Positions 8,915-20,561 are shown, counted from the stretch's first letter. The stretch: DNA of 64,000 nt from an uncultured delta proteobacterium (GCA_963845515.1 CAWJSR010000020.1:103065-167064), one strand, 5' to 3'. Notes: generated by a model not told the origin, from the letters alone. Translations and numbers: made by a program.

Positions 8915-10199
8915 ATGTCCGCCGTCCCGACCATCTACGCGATCGACTTCGGCACGAGCAACTCGCTCGTCGCCGCCGCGAACGAGGAGCGGGTGTTCGA
9001 GCCGGTGCCGCTCGATCCCGGTGCGGCCGACCCGACCATCCTGAGGAGCATCCTCTGCTTCCTCGATGCGGGCGGCGTGTTCGTGGGGAGCGAGGCGCTC
9101 CGCAAGTTCATCGAGCACGGGGCCGAAGGCCGGCTGCTGCGCTCCATCAAGCACCACCTGGGCTCGCGCTCCTTCCGCGGGACGATCATCCGGGGGCGGA
9201 TGGTCTCGGCGGAGGAGCTGGTCGGTTCGCTGCTGCGCCAGATGAGGCTCCGGGCGGACGCGCACTTCGGGGCCGAGGTCCGGCGCGCCCTGCTCGGGCG
9301 CCCGGTCCACTTCGACGGCGAGGACGACGCCTTCGCCGAGGCCCGCCTCCGGGCCGCCGCGGAGCTCGCCGGCTTCGAGGAGGTCCACTTCCTTCCGGAG
9401 CCGGTCGCCGCGGCCCGCGCCTTCGGCGCGGCGTCCAGGGGCGACGAGCTGGCGCTGATCGCCGACTTCGGCGGCGGCACCTCCGACTTCACGGTGCTCC
9501 GACTCGGCGCCGCGGGAGCTCGAGCGTGGCGACGTGCTCGCGGTGGGCGGCGTCGCCGTCGCCGGCGACGCGCTCGACGCGTCCCTCATGCGCGCCCAGG
9601 TCGGCCGCCACTTCGGCGCCGAGGTCCAGTACCGGGCGCCGTTCGGGAACAACGTCCTCAGGATGCCGAAGGGGATCGTCCAGCATCTCTGCTCCCCGGC
9701 GCACCTGCCGATGCTCCAGCGGCGCGACATCGCCAGCTTCCTCGCCGACGTGCGCCGGTGGTCGCTCTCGGAGGAGGACCGCCGCAAGCTGGATCAGCTC
9801 ACGATCCTCGTGGAGGACACCCAGGGGTTCCACCTGTTCGAGGCGATCGAGCGCGGCAAGCGCGAGCTCTCTTCGGCCACGAAGGCCGTGATCGGGTTCT
9901 CCCACCCCGGCATCGACGTGCGGGAGCCGGTCACGCGCGCCGGCTTCGAGGAGGCGAGCCGCCGGGAGGTCGACGCGATCCTGCGCTGCCTGGACGAGAC
10001 GGTGCGGGCGGCAGGGGTGGCCCCGGGGGAGATAGGCGTCGTCTGCTGCACCGGCGGCACCGCGAAGGTCCCGCGGATCGCCGCCGAGATCCGGCGCCGG
10101 CTGCCGGCGGCGCGCATGGAGCAGTTCAAGGGGTTCCACTCGGTGGTGGAGGGGCTGGCGCAGGAGGCGCAGCGGGTGGCGCGGGGCGAGCGGACGTGA
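8915..10199 (+). CDS. Hsp70-family protein (YegD-like), one frameshift near 9510
   Basis: IDFGTSNS, GRPVHF, EPVAAA and DFGGGTSDF in the first frame; VAGDALD and TGGTAKVP in frame 9534-10199. Confidence 0.88.
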
Positions 10200-10212
10200 C
10201 GCCGTCCGCGCG

Positions 10213-11799
10213 CTACAGCGTCGCGGCCACCGACGCGCCGAAGCGCTGCGCGCCGTAACGCGCCGCGGCTCCCCGCGCCTGTCCCTTGCGCAGCCAGTCC
10301 TCGGCCCACAGCCGCAGGCCGAAGCGTTGCCCGGGCACCTGCCAGGAGAGCGAGGAGCGCATGGTGCGGCGCTGATCGCGGACGTTGAAGTCGTCCACGA
10401 CGCCCTCGTGGAAGTAGCCGGTGGGGCTGGTGAAGCTCTCCTGGAACCGGTCGCGCCCCTCGATCGAGTCGAACCAGTCGTAGCGCAGCTCGCAGGCGAG
10501 CCCGAAGCCGCGCCAGCGCGCCTCGAGCTGCGCCGCGCCGGTGAAGCCCCATGCGTGGGTGTAGCCCTCCTTCTCGAGGACGCTCTTGGTGGTGGGCAGG
10601 ACGACCCCCTGCCGCAGCAGCTCGTCGTAGGCGAGGGCGCGCGGGTTGGCGAAGTCGAGGAAGCCCGAGAGCGCGCCGCGCAGGCTGAAGGCGCCGTGGT
10701 ACCAGGTGGCGTCGGTCATCGGGCCCACGACGTGCATGATCCCGATGAAGTCGTCGAACTCCGGGAGCCGCGCGATGGACAGGTCGAAGGCCGTGGCCGC
10801 GCCGTAGAAGACGCTGTGACCGAACAGCGCTCCGTCCTGGCCGCGTAGCCGCTGGTGGTAGCGCCCCCAGAGCGACGCCTGCGTGTAGACGTGCAGCTCG
10901 GTGAGCGCCTCGGCGTCGCGCGAGAAGACCACGCGCACCCGGCTCCACTGGCCGTCGTCGAGGGTCTGCGCCAGGTCGCCGGGGCGGCCGTGGCCCGGCA
11001 CCGCCACGAGCTCCGTGTCGAGGGAGAGGTACAGCTCGGGGCGCAGCGCTCCGCTCGCCCGGCTCCGGCCGGCGAGCGCACCGCCGAGGTCGAGCTCGAA
11101 GCGGTGCCAGACGTCGCGCGGAAACCCCAGGGAGTCGACGTCTGGAGTGCGCGCCGGGCGGGTGAGCCCCAGCACGTCGTCGAGGGTCTGGGCCGGCGAG
11201 AAGATCGTGGTGAGCACCCGGTTCGCGATGGTGGGGGAGCCGCGCTCGAAGAAGCGGCCCAGCTGGAAGAACGCCTCGCCGATGGCCGCGCCCCCCGCCG
11301 GCGTGACGATGGTGTCGTTGAGGCTGAAGACCTCGCGGTGCTCGACCGTCGCCTCCCACACGCTGGAGGTGGCCAGCGTGAACAGCCACGACTCGAGGAC
11401 GGAGCCGCCCAGTACGCGCGCGATGTCGTAATAGAAGGAGCCGTTGTAGTAGGCGTGCCCCATGTTGAGGGCGAAGGAGTTGTCGTCGAAGCGCACGCCG
11501 TGCAGGTCGCGCCAGCGCCGCCCCTGACCGTCCCAGGTGCGGTCGAAGTCGAAGTCGAGCTTGTTCAGCTCGATCGCCGACTCGTACCAGAGGATCTCCA
11601 GGGCCAGTATTCCGCCGGTCTCCAGCGACGCCGGGAGGAGGCGCAGAGTGGACGCGCCCGGGTCCGGAGAGGCTGGGGCCAGCTCTTCCGGAGCGGCGGC
11701 GCCCTCGGTGCCGGCGGGAGCGGTGGCGTCGTCGGCGACCGCGCCGAGTGACAGCGACAGCAGGGCAATGGCCGCCACGGGCGTCATGCTGCGAGCCAA
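10213..11799 (-). CDS. DUF3943-domain outer-membrane/secreted protein
   Basis: Signal peptide; FDDNSFALNMGHAYYNGSFYYDIAR...SSVWEATVE...SLNDTIVTPAGGAAIGE; beta-strand-rich C-terminus. Confidence 0.75.
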   Translation of the reverse strand: MARSMTPVAAIALLSLSLGAVADDATAPAGTEGAAAPEELAPASPDPGASTLRLLPASLETGGILALEILWYESAIELNKLDFDFDRTWDGQGRRWRDLHGVRFDDNSFALNMGHAYYNGSFYYDIARVLGGSVLESWLFTLATSSVWEATVEHREVFSLNDTIVTPAGGAAIGEAFFQLGRFFERGSPTIANRVLTTIFSPAQTLDDVLGLTRPARTPDVDSLGFPRDVWHRFELDLGGALAGRSRASGALRPELYLSLDTELVAVPGHGRPGDLAQTLDDGQWSRVRVVFSRDAEALTELHVYTQASLWGRYHQRLRGQDGALFGHSVFYGAATAFDLSIARLPEFDDFIGIMHVVGPMTDATWYHGAFSLRGALSGFLDFANPRALAYDELLRQGVVLPTTKSVLEKEGYTHAWGFTGAAQLEARWRGFGLACELRYDWFDSIEGRDRFQESFTSPTGYFHEGVVDDFNVRDQRRTMRSSLSWQVPGQRFGLRLWAEDWLRKGQARGAAARYGAQRFGASVAATL

Positions 11800-11902
11800 T
11801 CACCCTGCGTGTCCTTAGGCAAGCTTCCCCGGGTTGCTCCTCGGGGAGCAACCCCATCGGCCCCGACTCCCCGTGAGGAGAGGGTGCTACACCCGAGCCC
11901 GC

Positions 11903-12508
11903 ATGATCGCGGTGATCGTCCTCGCGGCCGGTGGCTCCTCGCGGATGGGCCGGAGCAAGCTCCTGCTCGATCTCGACGGTGAATCCCTGCTCCGTCGCGC
12001 CGCCCGCTGCGCCGTGGAGGCCGGGACCGGCCCCGTCGTCGTGGTGGTCGGCCCCGACGGGCCGCTCGCGAGACGGGAGCTCGCCGGCCTCGGTTGCGAA
12101 GTCGTCGAGGACGCGCTCCTCACCTCCTGCGGCATGAACGGCTCCCTCGCCGCAGGGGTGATGGCCCTGCCCGAGGACGTGGACGGCGCGGTCGTCCTCC
12201 TCGCCGACATGCCGCTCGTCACGCCCGCCGCAGTGCGCGCGCTCGCCGAGCGCCACAGCGCGACTGGCGCGCCGATCGTCGCCACCCGCTACGGCGACGC
12301 GCTCGCTCCCCCGGTGCTCTACGATCGCGCGCTGCTCCCGGCGCTCGCAACCGGAGGCGACGGGGACGGGCGCGGGCGGGAGCTCACGCGCCGCCATCGC
12401 GCCGAGGCCGAGCTGGTGGACGCACCGGCAGCGGCGCTCGTGGACGTCGACCTCCCCGCGGATCTGGAGCGGGTGCGCGCGCGCCTGCGCGCCGGGGTGG
12501 TCCCATGA
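11903..12508 (+). CDS. mocA: Molybdenum cofactor cytidylyltransferase (MocA-like)
   Basis: VLAAGGSSRMGRSKLLL, LADMP, DVDLPAD; first gene of the Xdh-type cluster. Confidence 0.85.
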   Translation: MIAVIVLAAGGSSRMGRSKLLLDLDGESLLRRAARCAVEAGTGPVVVVVGPDGPLARRELAGLGCEVVEDALLTSCGMNGSLAAGVMALPEDVDGAVVLLADMPLVTPAAVRALAERHSATGAPIVATRYGDALAPPVLYDRALLPALATGGDGDGRGRELTRRHRAEAELVDAPAAALVDVDLPADLERVRARLRAGVVP

Positions 12509-13413
12509 CGGAGCGCGAGATCCTGGTGCGCGCCGCCGAGTGGGGCGAGGCCGGTCGGCGGGTGGCGCTCGCCACCGTGATCAGCACCTGGGGCTCGTCG
12601 CCTCGTCCACCCGGGAGCCAGCTCGCCGTCAGCGAGCGCGGCGAGATGGCAGGGTCGGTCTCCGGCGGCTGCGTCGAGGCGGCGGTCGTGCAGGAGGCGC
12701 TCGACGTGCTTCGGCGCGGGACCGCGCGCACGCTGGAGTTCGGCGTCACCGCCGGGCGCGCCTGGGAGGTGGGGCTGCCGTGCGGTGGCCGCATCCGCGT
12801 CCACGTCGAGGCTGCCGACCAGGAACGGCTGGGGAGCCTCGTCGCGGCGCTGACGGCGCGGGAGCGCGTGGAGCGGGTGCTGGAGCTGGGCGACGGCGAG
12901 CGCTTCCGGGTGGTGCTGGAGCCGCCAGTGCGGCTGGTGATCGTCGGCGCGGTGCACCTCGCGCAGCCGCTCGCCCGCATGGCCCGCGTGGCCGGTTACG
13001 AGGTGACGGTGGTGGATCCGCGCTCGGCCTTCGCGACGGAGGAGCGGTTCCCGGACGTCGCGCTGGAGCGCGGGTGGCCAGCGGAGATCATGCCGCGCCT
13101 CGGCCTGGACGCCCGCACCGCCCTCGTCGCGCTCAGCCACGACCGGCGCTTCGACGACCCGGCGCTCGAGGCGGCGCTCCGCTCGGACGCCTTCTATGTC
13201 GGAGCGCTCGGCAGCCGCAAGACGCAGGCAGCGCTCAGGACGAGGCTGCGCGAAGCGGGCTTCTCGGAGCCGGAGGTGGGGCGCGTCCACGGTCCAGTGG
13301 GGCTGGACCTCGGCGCGGTCACGCCCGCGGAGATCGCGGTCGAGATCCTGGCGGAGCTCGTCGCCTCCCTCAGGGAGGCTTCGGCGGTGCGCCGCACCAT
13401 CGGCAGCGGCTAG
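12505..13413 (+). CDS. xdhC: XdhC/CoxI family molybdoenzyme maturation factor
   Basis: [59 protein letters not shown]. Confidence 0.92.
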   Translation: MTEREILVRAAEWGEAGRRVALATVISTWGSSPRPPGSQLAVSERGEMAGSVSGGCVEAAVVQEALDVLRRGTARTLEFGVTAGRAWEVGLPCGGRIRVHVEAADQERLGSLVAALTARERVERVLELGDGERFRVVLEPPVRLVIVGAVHLAQPLARMARVAGYEVTVVDPRSAFATEERFPDVALERGWPAEIMPRLGLDARTALVALSHDRRFDDPALEAALRSDAFYVGALGSRKTQAALRTRLREAGFSEPEVGRVHGPVGLDLGAVTPAEIAVEILAELVASLREASAVRRTIGSG

Positions 13414-13432
13414 CGCGAGCCGCGGAGGGAAC

Positions 13433-13897
13433 ATGGCCAACCTGACCTTGCTCGTGAACGGACGGCGGCACGCGGTGGACGTCGAGCCGGAGATGCCGCT
13501 CCTGTGGGTGCTGCGCGACACGCTTGGGCTCACCGGCACCAAGTTCGGGTGCGGCGCGTCGCTCTGCGGCGCGTGCACCGTGCTGCTGGACGAGTCGGCG
13601 ATCCGAAGCTGCCAGCTCCCGGTGAAGGAGGCGGTCGGCCACCGGATCACCACCATCGAGGGGCTCGCGGAGAAGGGCGACCACCCGGTGCTGAAGGCCT
13701 GGGTGGAGGACGAGGTGCCACAGTGCGGCTACTGCCAGCCGGGACAGATCATCGAGGCGGTGGCGCTGCTCGCCAAGCACCCGGATCCGACCGACGCGCA
13801 GATCGACCTGGCGATGGACGGGGTCCTCTGCCGCTGCGGCACCTACGGCCGGATCCGCCGCGCCATCCATCAGGCCGCGAAGGGAGGCGCGCGATGA
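13433..13897 (+). CDS. (2Fe-2S)-binding small subunit (IorA/CoxS type)
   Basis: [41 protein letters not shown]. Confidence 0.95.
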   Translation: MANLTLLVNGRRHAVDVEPEMPLLWVLRDTLGLTGTKFGCGASLCGACTVLLDESAIRSCQLPVKEAVGHRITTIEGLAEKGDHPVLKAWVEDEVPQCGYCQPGQIIEAVALLAKHPDPTDAQIDLAMDGVLCRCGTYGRIRRAIHQAAKGGAR

Positions 13898-15930
13898 CCG
13901 CCACCGGACCGCTCGGCCGCCGTGACTTCCTCAAGCTCTCCGCCGGGGCCGGACTCTGGCTCGCGGTCTCCGGGCCGGGGAGGGTGTTCGCCGCAGACCC
14001 GTCCGCACCGCCCGCCGGCCTGTCGCCGTCTGCCTGGCTGCACATCGGCCAGGACGGCGTGGTCACCGTCCACCTCGGAAAGTCGGAGATGGGTCAGGGG
14101 TCCTTCACGGGCATGGCGGTGCTCATCGCCGAGGAGCTCGAGGCCGACTGGACGAAGGTGCGCGTCCTCCCGGCAGACGCCGACCCGCGCTTCGGGAACA
14201 TGGTGACCGGCGGCTCGCGCAGCGTGCGCGGCAACTTCATCCCGCTCCGAAAAGTCGGCGCGGCGGCACGGGAGATGCTCGTCGCGGCCGGCGCCAGGCG
14301 GCTCGGCGTCAGGCCCGGCGCCTGCAGCGCGGAGGCCGGTGCCGTCGTACACGGCGCCAGCAGGCGCCGCGTCGAGTACGGCGCCCTGGTCGCCGACGCG
14401 GCAAAGCTGCCCGTGCCGGAGGATCCGCCGCTCAAGGATCCGCGGAAGTTCAAGCTCATCGGCAGGCGGGTGCCGAGGCTCGACACTCCACCCAAGGTGC
14501 GTGGGAGCGCGGTCTTCGGCCTCGACGTGCGGGTGCCGGGGATGCTCCACGCGGCCGTCGCCCGTCCTCCGACGTACGGCGGCAAGGCGAAGTGGTTCGA
14601 TGCGGCCGCTGCGGGGAGGGTCCCCGGTGTGCGCAAGGTGGTGGAGGTGCCGAGCGGCGTGGCGGTGCTGGCGGACAGCACGTGGGGCGCGTTTCGCGGC
14701 CGCGACCTGTTGGCGGCCACCTTCGAGCCCGGGCCGAACGGCGCGCTGGACGCCGCTGGTATCGCGCGAACGCTCGCGGAGGCGCCGGTCGCGTCCGAGT
14801 CCATGCGCCGCGAAGGGGACGTCGAGAAGGCGCTCGCCGCTGCCGCGCGCCGCGTCGAGGCGGTCTACACGCTGCCCCTCCTGGCCCACGCGACCATGGA
14901 GCCGATGAACTGCGTCGCCGACGTGCGAGCCGACAGGGCGGAGCTCTGGGCGCCTACGCAGGCGCCGACCTGGGCGCGCAGCGAGGTCGCGCGGGCGCTC
15001 GGGATCGACGAGTCGAAGGTGACCGTGCACGTCACCTTCCTCGGAGGCGGCTTCGGCCGGCGCGCCTTCCCCGACTTCGCCGTCGAGGCCGCGCAGGTGT
15101 CGCTGGCGGCCGGCGTACCGGTCCAGGTGGCGTGGAGCCGCGAGGACGACCTCCGTCACGACTTCTACCGCCCGCCCGGCCGGAACGAGCTTCGCGCCGG
15201 CCTGGACGCGAAGGGGCGGCTCGTGGCGTGGCATCACCGCGTGCGCACCCCGTCCATCAGCCGGCAGCTGGGCCGGACCCCCGGTGGTGGCGCAGCGCCG
15301 GACGTCGGGGAGGGGGCGTCGAGCGTGCCCTACGTCATCCCGGCGATCCGGGTGGACCAGGCCGCGCCGGAGCTGGGGCTGCCGATCGGGTGGTGGCGCT
15401 CGGTCTACTCCTCGCAGAACGCGTTCGCCGAGGAGGTCTTCATCGACGAGCTCGCCCGCGCGGCGGGGAAGGATCCGCTGGCCTTCCGGCTCGCGCACCT
15501 GCCGCGCGCTCACCGGCTGCGCGGCGTGCTGAAGCTCGCGGCCGGGAAGGCTGGATGGGGTGGAGGCGTGCCGAAGGGGCACGGCCTGGGGATCGCATGC
15601 CACGCCTCCTTCGGGAGCTACGTGGCCCACGTCGCCGAGGTCTCGGTCCAGAGCGGCCGCGTCACGGTGCATCGCGTGGTCTGCGCGGTGGACTGCGGGA
15701 CGGTGCTCAACCCGGACAGCGTGGAGCACCAGGCCGAGGGCTCGGTGGTCTACGGCCTCTCAGCGGCGCTCCGCGGCGAGATCACGGTGAAGGACGGGGC
15801 AGTCGTGCAGGGGAACTTCGACGGCTACGAGCCGCTGCGCATGCGCGAGATGCCGAAGGTCGAGGTGCACGTGGTCCCGAGCCGGGCCGAGCCGGGCGGC
15901 ATGGGGGAGCCGGCGCTCCCGCCCATCGCG
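13894..15930 (+). CDS. Molybdopterin-binding large subunit (IorB type) with Tat signal; C-terminus truncated, frame stays open into the next gene
   Basis: [47 protein letters not shown]; similarity stops at EPALPPIA with no stop codon. Confidence 0.88.
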
Positions 15931-16011
15931 CTGAAGGGTACCCTCCAGGGCCTTCTCAGTCACAAAGGGGACTGGCCGCCTCTCCATCAATCACCGGGGA
16001 GGTGGGTGGTC

Positions 16012-18552
16012 ATGAAGTGGCCGCGATCGAGGCGAGCATCACTGGCCGCGCTCTGTTCGGTTGCGTTGCTCGCGTCCGCTTGCGGCGACCGCTGGTCGCC
16101 CCCGCTCGAGCCTCTGCCGCCCGCCCCACCTGCCGTGCCGGCCATCTCGACATCGGTCGCGAGCCTGCGCTACTCGGTCTTCCAGGGTGGCGGCGCGGCA
16201 GTGGCACAGGCCGTCGAGATCACCAACGGCGGTGCGGGGACGCTCGCGTGGACAGCGTCGGTGGAGGGCTATCCGTGGTTGGCGGTCGGGCAGGTGAGCG
16301 GGACGGCGCCGTCGTCGCTCAGCGTGTCCGTCGACGCCGCGGGGCTCGCTCCCGGCACCCACACGGGGACGATCACGCTCTCTGCGGCCGACGCGAGCAA
16401 CTCGCCGCTGCACCTTCCGGTCACGTTGCTCATCGTCCCCGAGGTCTCCTTCGCGGCCCTCGTGGCCGCCCCGGTGGGGTCGGGGCCGCACGCGACGGCC
16501 ACGGCCGACTTCGACGGAGACGGCAGGCCGGATCTCGCCGTGACGAACGAGGGAAGCGGCACCGTCTCGATCCTGCTGGGTGCTGCGACCGGCGCCCTTG
16601 GCGCGGCGATCGAGGTCGGGGTCGGGATCGGCCCGAAGGCCGTTGCCGTCGGCCGCTTCGACGGCAACGCGACGCCTGACCTGGCGATAGCCAACGCCGG
16701 CGGCAACTCGGTCACGATCCTTCTCGGCAGTGGAGACGGGTCGTTTGGCGCGCCGAAGACCCAGGCGGTGGGCTCCAGGCCGGTCTCCGTCGCGGTGGCC
16801 GACTTCGACGGCGACGGCGACGAGGATCTCGCGGTCGCCAACATGGGGGACGGGACGGGGCCGAACACCGTGACAGTCCTGAAGGGGACGGGGACCGGCT
16901 CCTTCGATGCAGGCTCGTCCTACGCCGCGGGTCATGCGCCGTCGGCGGTCGTCGCGGGCGACTTCAATGGCGACACGATCATCGATCTTGCCGTCGCGGA
17001 CTATGACTTCAACTTCCAGTCGACGGCGAACCTCGCGATCCTCGGGGGCGACGGCACCGGAGCCTTCGGGCCCCCCTCCTACGTGAACACCGTCTCCAGG
17101 CCCATCGCGATGGTGGGCGAGGATCTGGACGGGAACGGGAGGGTCGATCTCGTGATCGGAACGGAGAGCGGCTCTGGGGTCACCGTGCTCATGGGAGCCA
17201 CCGGCGGAGGGCTCTCCGCGCCGGTGAACCATCCCGCGCCAGGAAGCGGCGTCCGCTCCATCGGCGTCCGGGACCTCGACGGTGACGGCCTGCGCGACCT
17301 CGCGCTGACGCACAACTGCACGTGCGACAGCGATGTCTCCATCCTCATGGGCATCGGCGGAGGCGCCTTCGGCGCAGCCACCGCCGTCCCCGCGGGCGGC
17401 TCCGCCGTGAGCGTCGAGGACTTCGACCAGGACGGGGCCCCCGACCTGGCGGCGGCGGGCTGGGGGGGCTTCGCCACCCTCGCGTACGGCCGCGGCGACG
17501 GCACGTTCCTGGCGCCGGCCAACATGGGCGCAGCGAAGCACTCCCCGCAGTCGGTCGCCACCGGTGACTTCGACGGCAACGGCACGCTCGACGTCGCGCT
17601 GGTCGACCGGAGCAGCTCGTGGAGCAGCTCGGCCAACGACTTCTCGCTCTGGCTGGGCGACGGCACGGGCGCCTTCGGCGTCCCGGCGACCTACGCCATC
17701 GCATCGCCCCGGTCCGTCGCGCTCGGCGACTTCGATGGCGACGGCAACCTCGATGCGGTCACCGCCAACGCGGGGACGGTCTCGGTCCTTCCCGGATCGC
17801 CCGACGGGGCGCTGGGGCCGGCGACCAACTTCGTCATCGGCGGGAGCGCCAACTTCGTCGCGGTGAGCGATCTCGACGGTGACGGCGATCTGGACCTCGT
17901 GGTCTCGGCCTGGCCCGGAGCCATCTACGTGCTTCGCGGTGACGGAGCGGGCGCGTTTGGAGCGGCCACCGCCTATGCCGGGGGCTACGAGCCGCACTCC
18001 GTCGCGATCGGCGATCTCGACGGCGATGGGATTCCGGACCTGGTCGTGGCTGACCGGGGTCGAGGCGTCTCGGTGCTGCGCGGCACGGGCGCCGCCGCCT
18101 TCGCCGAGCCGAGCGACTTCTACGCCTCGGTGCTTCGCTACGTCGAGCTCGCGGACTTCGACGACGACGGCAAGCTGGACCTCGTCAGCGCCAATCACGA
18201 ACGAGCGGAGATCCGGATGGGGCGCGGGGACGGCACCTTCGCCGCGGCGAGCGTCTTCGACGTCAGCGGTGCCTCCGGTGTCACCGGCGACTTCAACGGC
18301 GACGGGACGCTGGATGTCGCGCTGGCCGAGGTCGGCGGTTCGCGCGTCTCGTTCCTGCTGGGGGGCGGGGACGGGACCTTCTTCCTGGGGCCGACGCGCT
18401 ACGCGGCTGCGCAGCCCATTGCGTACACCTATGGCATCGAGTCTGCCGACATCGCCAAGGGGGACTTCAACCGGGACGGGAAGATTGATCTCGTCTGCAG
18501 CAACGGGGAGGACTGGGGCAGCGCCTACATGAGCGTCCTCCTGGGCCGGTAG
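16012..18552 (+). CDS. Lipoprotein with a BACON-like domain and 14 FG-GAP/VCBS repeats
   Basis: Own RBS GGGGAGGT and ATG; lipobox LASAC; ITNGGAGTLAW...PWL...SGTAPSSLSVSV; 14 D(F/L)(D/N)GDG..DL-type repeats. Confidence 0.85.
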   Translation: MKWPRSRRASLAALCSVALLASACGDRWSPPLEPLPPAPPAVPAISTSVASLRYSVFQGGGAAVAQAVEITNGGAGTLAWTASVEGYPWLAVGQVSGTAPSSLSVSVDAAGLAPGTHTGTITLSAADASNSPLHLPVTLLIVPEVSFAALVAAPVGSGPHATATADFDGDGRPDLAVTNEGSGTVSILLGAATGALGAAIEVGVGIGPKAVAVGRFDGNATPDLAIANAGGNSVTILLGSGDGSFGAPKTQAVGSRPVSVAVADFDGDGDEDLAVANMGDGTGPNTVTVLKGTGTGSFDAGSSYAAGHAPSAVVAGDFNGDTIIDLAVADYDFNFQSTANLAILGGDGTGAFGPPSYVNTVSRPIAMVGEDLDGNGRVDLVIGTESGSGVTVLMGATGGGLSAPVNHPAPGSGVRSIGVRDLDGDGLRDLALTHNCTCDSDVSILMGIGGGAFGAATAVPAGGSAVSVEDFDQDGAPDLAAAGWGGFATLAYGRGDGTFLAPANMGAAKHSPQSVATGDFDGNGTLDVALVDRSSSWSSSANDFSLWLGDGTGAFGVPATYAIASPRSVALGDFDGDGNLDAVTANAGTVSVLPGSPDGALGPATNFVIGGSANFVAVSDLDGDGDLDLVVSAWPGAIYVLRGDGAGAFGAATAYAGGYEPHSVAIGDLDGDGIPDLVVADRGRGVSVLRGTGAAAFAEPSDFYASVLRYVELADFDDDGKLDLVSANHERAEIRMGRGDGTFAAASVFDVSGASGVTGDFNGDGTLDVALAEVGGSRVSFLLGGGDGTFFLGPTRYAAAQPIAYTYGIESADIAKGDFNRDGKIDLVCSNGEDWGSAYMSVLLGR

Positions 18553-18687
18553 CTCGGGGGGCGGCGAGCAGCCGCGCGCTGAGCCGCTCCAGCGCCCTAA
18601 GCGGAGCGGGGCGCGGGAGCCAGTGCCGGGACTATTCATCGGGGAGTGACGCCTGGGTCGTCTCACAGACCCCCCCGACTGGACACG

Positions 18688-19818
18688 ATGGCGCTGGGAT
18701 TCTCGATCGAGCACGAGCGGGATGGCCCCGAAAAGGGCCAGCTCCGCCTCCAGGGCTGTCTGAAGCTCGCCGAGGCGGCGCCGCTCTGGAAGGAGCTACG
18801 CCGCCTCGAGGCTGTCGCGGAGCGCGGCCAGCGGCTCGACTTCGAGATGTCCGGCGTGGAGCGCGTCGACGGTGGCGCCATGGCGCTGCTGGCCGCCGTG
18901 CGGGCCGATCTGCAGCGCCGCGGCGTGGCGTCGGAGTTCGTGGGGGCCGGCGAGCGCGTCCAGCGGGTCATCCACCTCTACGGCGGCGACATCGTGGTGG
19001 CGCGACTGCGTACCCGCCGCGCGCTGGGGGTCCTGGATCAGCTGGGACGCGCGGCCCTCGCAAGCTTGAGGGAGGGGCAGCTGGTCCTGGCGTTCCTCGG
19101 GCAGATGGTCGTCTCCGGCGCCGGACTCCTGCGAGCGCCTCGCTCGGCCAACTGGCGCGAGGTGCCCGCGACGATGGAGCGCACCGGCGCCGACGCCGTG
19201 CCGATCGTCGTCTTGATCAACTTCCTGGTCGGGCTGGCGATGGCGTTTCAGGCCTCGGTGCAGCTCAAGCGGTTCGGCGCCAACATCCTGGTCGCCGATC
19301 TGATCGGGATCTCGGTCTGCCGGGAGCTCGGACCATTGATGACCGCGATCGTCGTCAGCGGCCGCTCCGGCGCCGCGTTCACGGCGGAGCTGGGCGTCAT
19401 GCAGGTGAACGGGGAGATCGACGCGCTGCGGACGATGGGGCTCGAGCCGATGCGCTACCTCGTGCTGCCGCGCATGATCGCGCTGGTCCTCGTGGTGCCG
19501 CTGCTCGCCATCCTGGCCGACGTGGGGGGCGTCGCGGGCGGGCTCGTGGTCGGGGTCACCAGCCTCGACCTGACGGCGCGGGGCTACCTCAACGAGACGG
19601 CGCGCGTCGTATCGCTCTGGGACGTCTCGTCCGGGATCCTCAAGGCGGTCGTCTTCGCCGTCGCCATCGCGCTGATCGCGTGCCAGCAGGGGCTCGCCAC
19701 CGCCGGCGGCGCCGAGGGCGTTGGGCGCCGCACCACCTCGGGCGTGGTCCTCAACCTGTTCACGCTCATCCTCCTCGACGCGGTGATCACGGTCGTCGTC
19801 CGGGTGGCGGGCCTATGA
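18688..19818 (+). CDS. MlaE-family ABC permease with N-terminal STAS domain
   Basis: RELGPLMTAIVVSGRSGAAFTAELGVMQVNGEIDALRTMG, EGVGRRTT. Confidence 0.92.
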   Translation: MALGFSIEHERDGPEKGQLRLQGCLKLAEAAPLWKELRRLEAVAERGQRLDFEMSGVERVDGGAMALLAAVRADLQRRGVASEFVGAGERVQRVIHLYGGDIVVARLRTRRALGVLDQLGRAALASLREGQLVLAFLGQMVVSGAGLLRAPRSANWREVPATMERTGADAVPIVVLINFLVGLAMAFQASVQLKRFGANILVADLIGISVCRELGPLMTAIVVSGRSGAAFTAELGVMQVNGEIDALRTMGLEPMRYLVLPRMIALVLVVPLLAILADVGGVAGGLVVGVTSLDLTARGYLNETARVVSLWDVSSGILKAVVFAVAIALIACQQGLATAGGAEGVGRRTTSGVVLNLFTLILLDAVITVVVRVAGL

Positions 19819-20561
19819 GCGATCCCGTGGTCAAGGTCGCGGACCTCTCCTTCGGCTGGGAGGAGGCCGTCCTGCTGAGCGGCGCGACCTTCGAGGTGGA
19901 GCGAGGCTCCATCTTCGTCATCCTCGGGGGCAGCGGCAGCGGCAAGTCGACCCTGCTGCGGTACCTGGTGGGGCTCGACGAGCCGCTGAGCGGCACCGTC
20001 ACCGTCGAGGGGCTCGCGCCAAGCCAGATCATCGCCGGCCGGCCCGGCTTCGGCGTGACGTTCCAGACGGGCGCCCTGATCGGGTCGCTCACCGTGGCAG
20101 AGAACGTGGCGCTGCCGCTGCTGGAGTGGACCGAGCTTCCGCTCGACGCCGTCGGCGCGATCGTCGCGGCCAAGCTGCGGCTCGTCGGCCTGCAGCGCGC
20201 CGAGGCGCAGCTGCCCAGCGAGCTGTCGGGAGGGATGCGCAAGCGCGCGGCGATCGCGCGGGCGATGGCGCTGGAGCCAGACCTGCTCTTCCTGGACGAG
20301 CCGTCGGCCGGCCTCGACCCGGTCTCCGCGGCGGAGCTGGACGACCTGATCCTGGACCTCAACGCCCAGCTCGGGCTGACCTTCGTGGTGGTCACGCACG
20401 ATCTCGAGAGCATCTTCAAGATCGGCGGGTCCTGCATCATGCTCGACCACGAGAGCAAGAGCATCATCGCGCGCGGCGATCCGCGTCTCCTCCGGGATGC
20501 CAGCGAGGATCCGCGCGTCCACGCGTTCTTCAACCGGACTCGGCAGGCGGTGAAGTCATGA
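19815..20561 (+). CDS. MlaF/Mkl-type ABC ATP-binding protein
   Basis: GGSGSGKST, PSELSGGMRKRAAIARA, LFLDEPSAGLDP, VTHD. Confidence 0.92.
   Translation: MSDPVVKVADLSFGWEEAVLLSGATFEVERGSIFVILGGSGSGKSTLLRYLVGLDEPLSGTVTVEGLAPSQIIAGRPGFGVTFQTGALIGSLTVAENVALPLLEWTELPLDAVGAIVAAKLRLVGLQRAEAQLPSELSGGMRKRAAIARAMALEPDLLFLDEPSAGLDPVSAAELDDLILDLNAQLGLTFVVVTHDLESIFKIGGSCIMLDHESKSIIARGDPRLLRDASEDPRVHAFFNRTRQAVKS

Noticed and set aside
13504..13893. 5' extension of the 1682-aa ORF
   Set aside because: Overlaps the 2Fe-2S gene out of frame; the real start is ATG 13894 with the Tat motif
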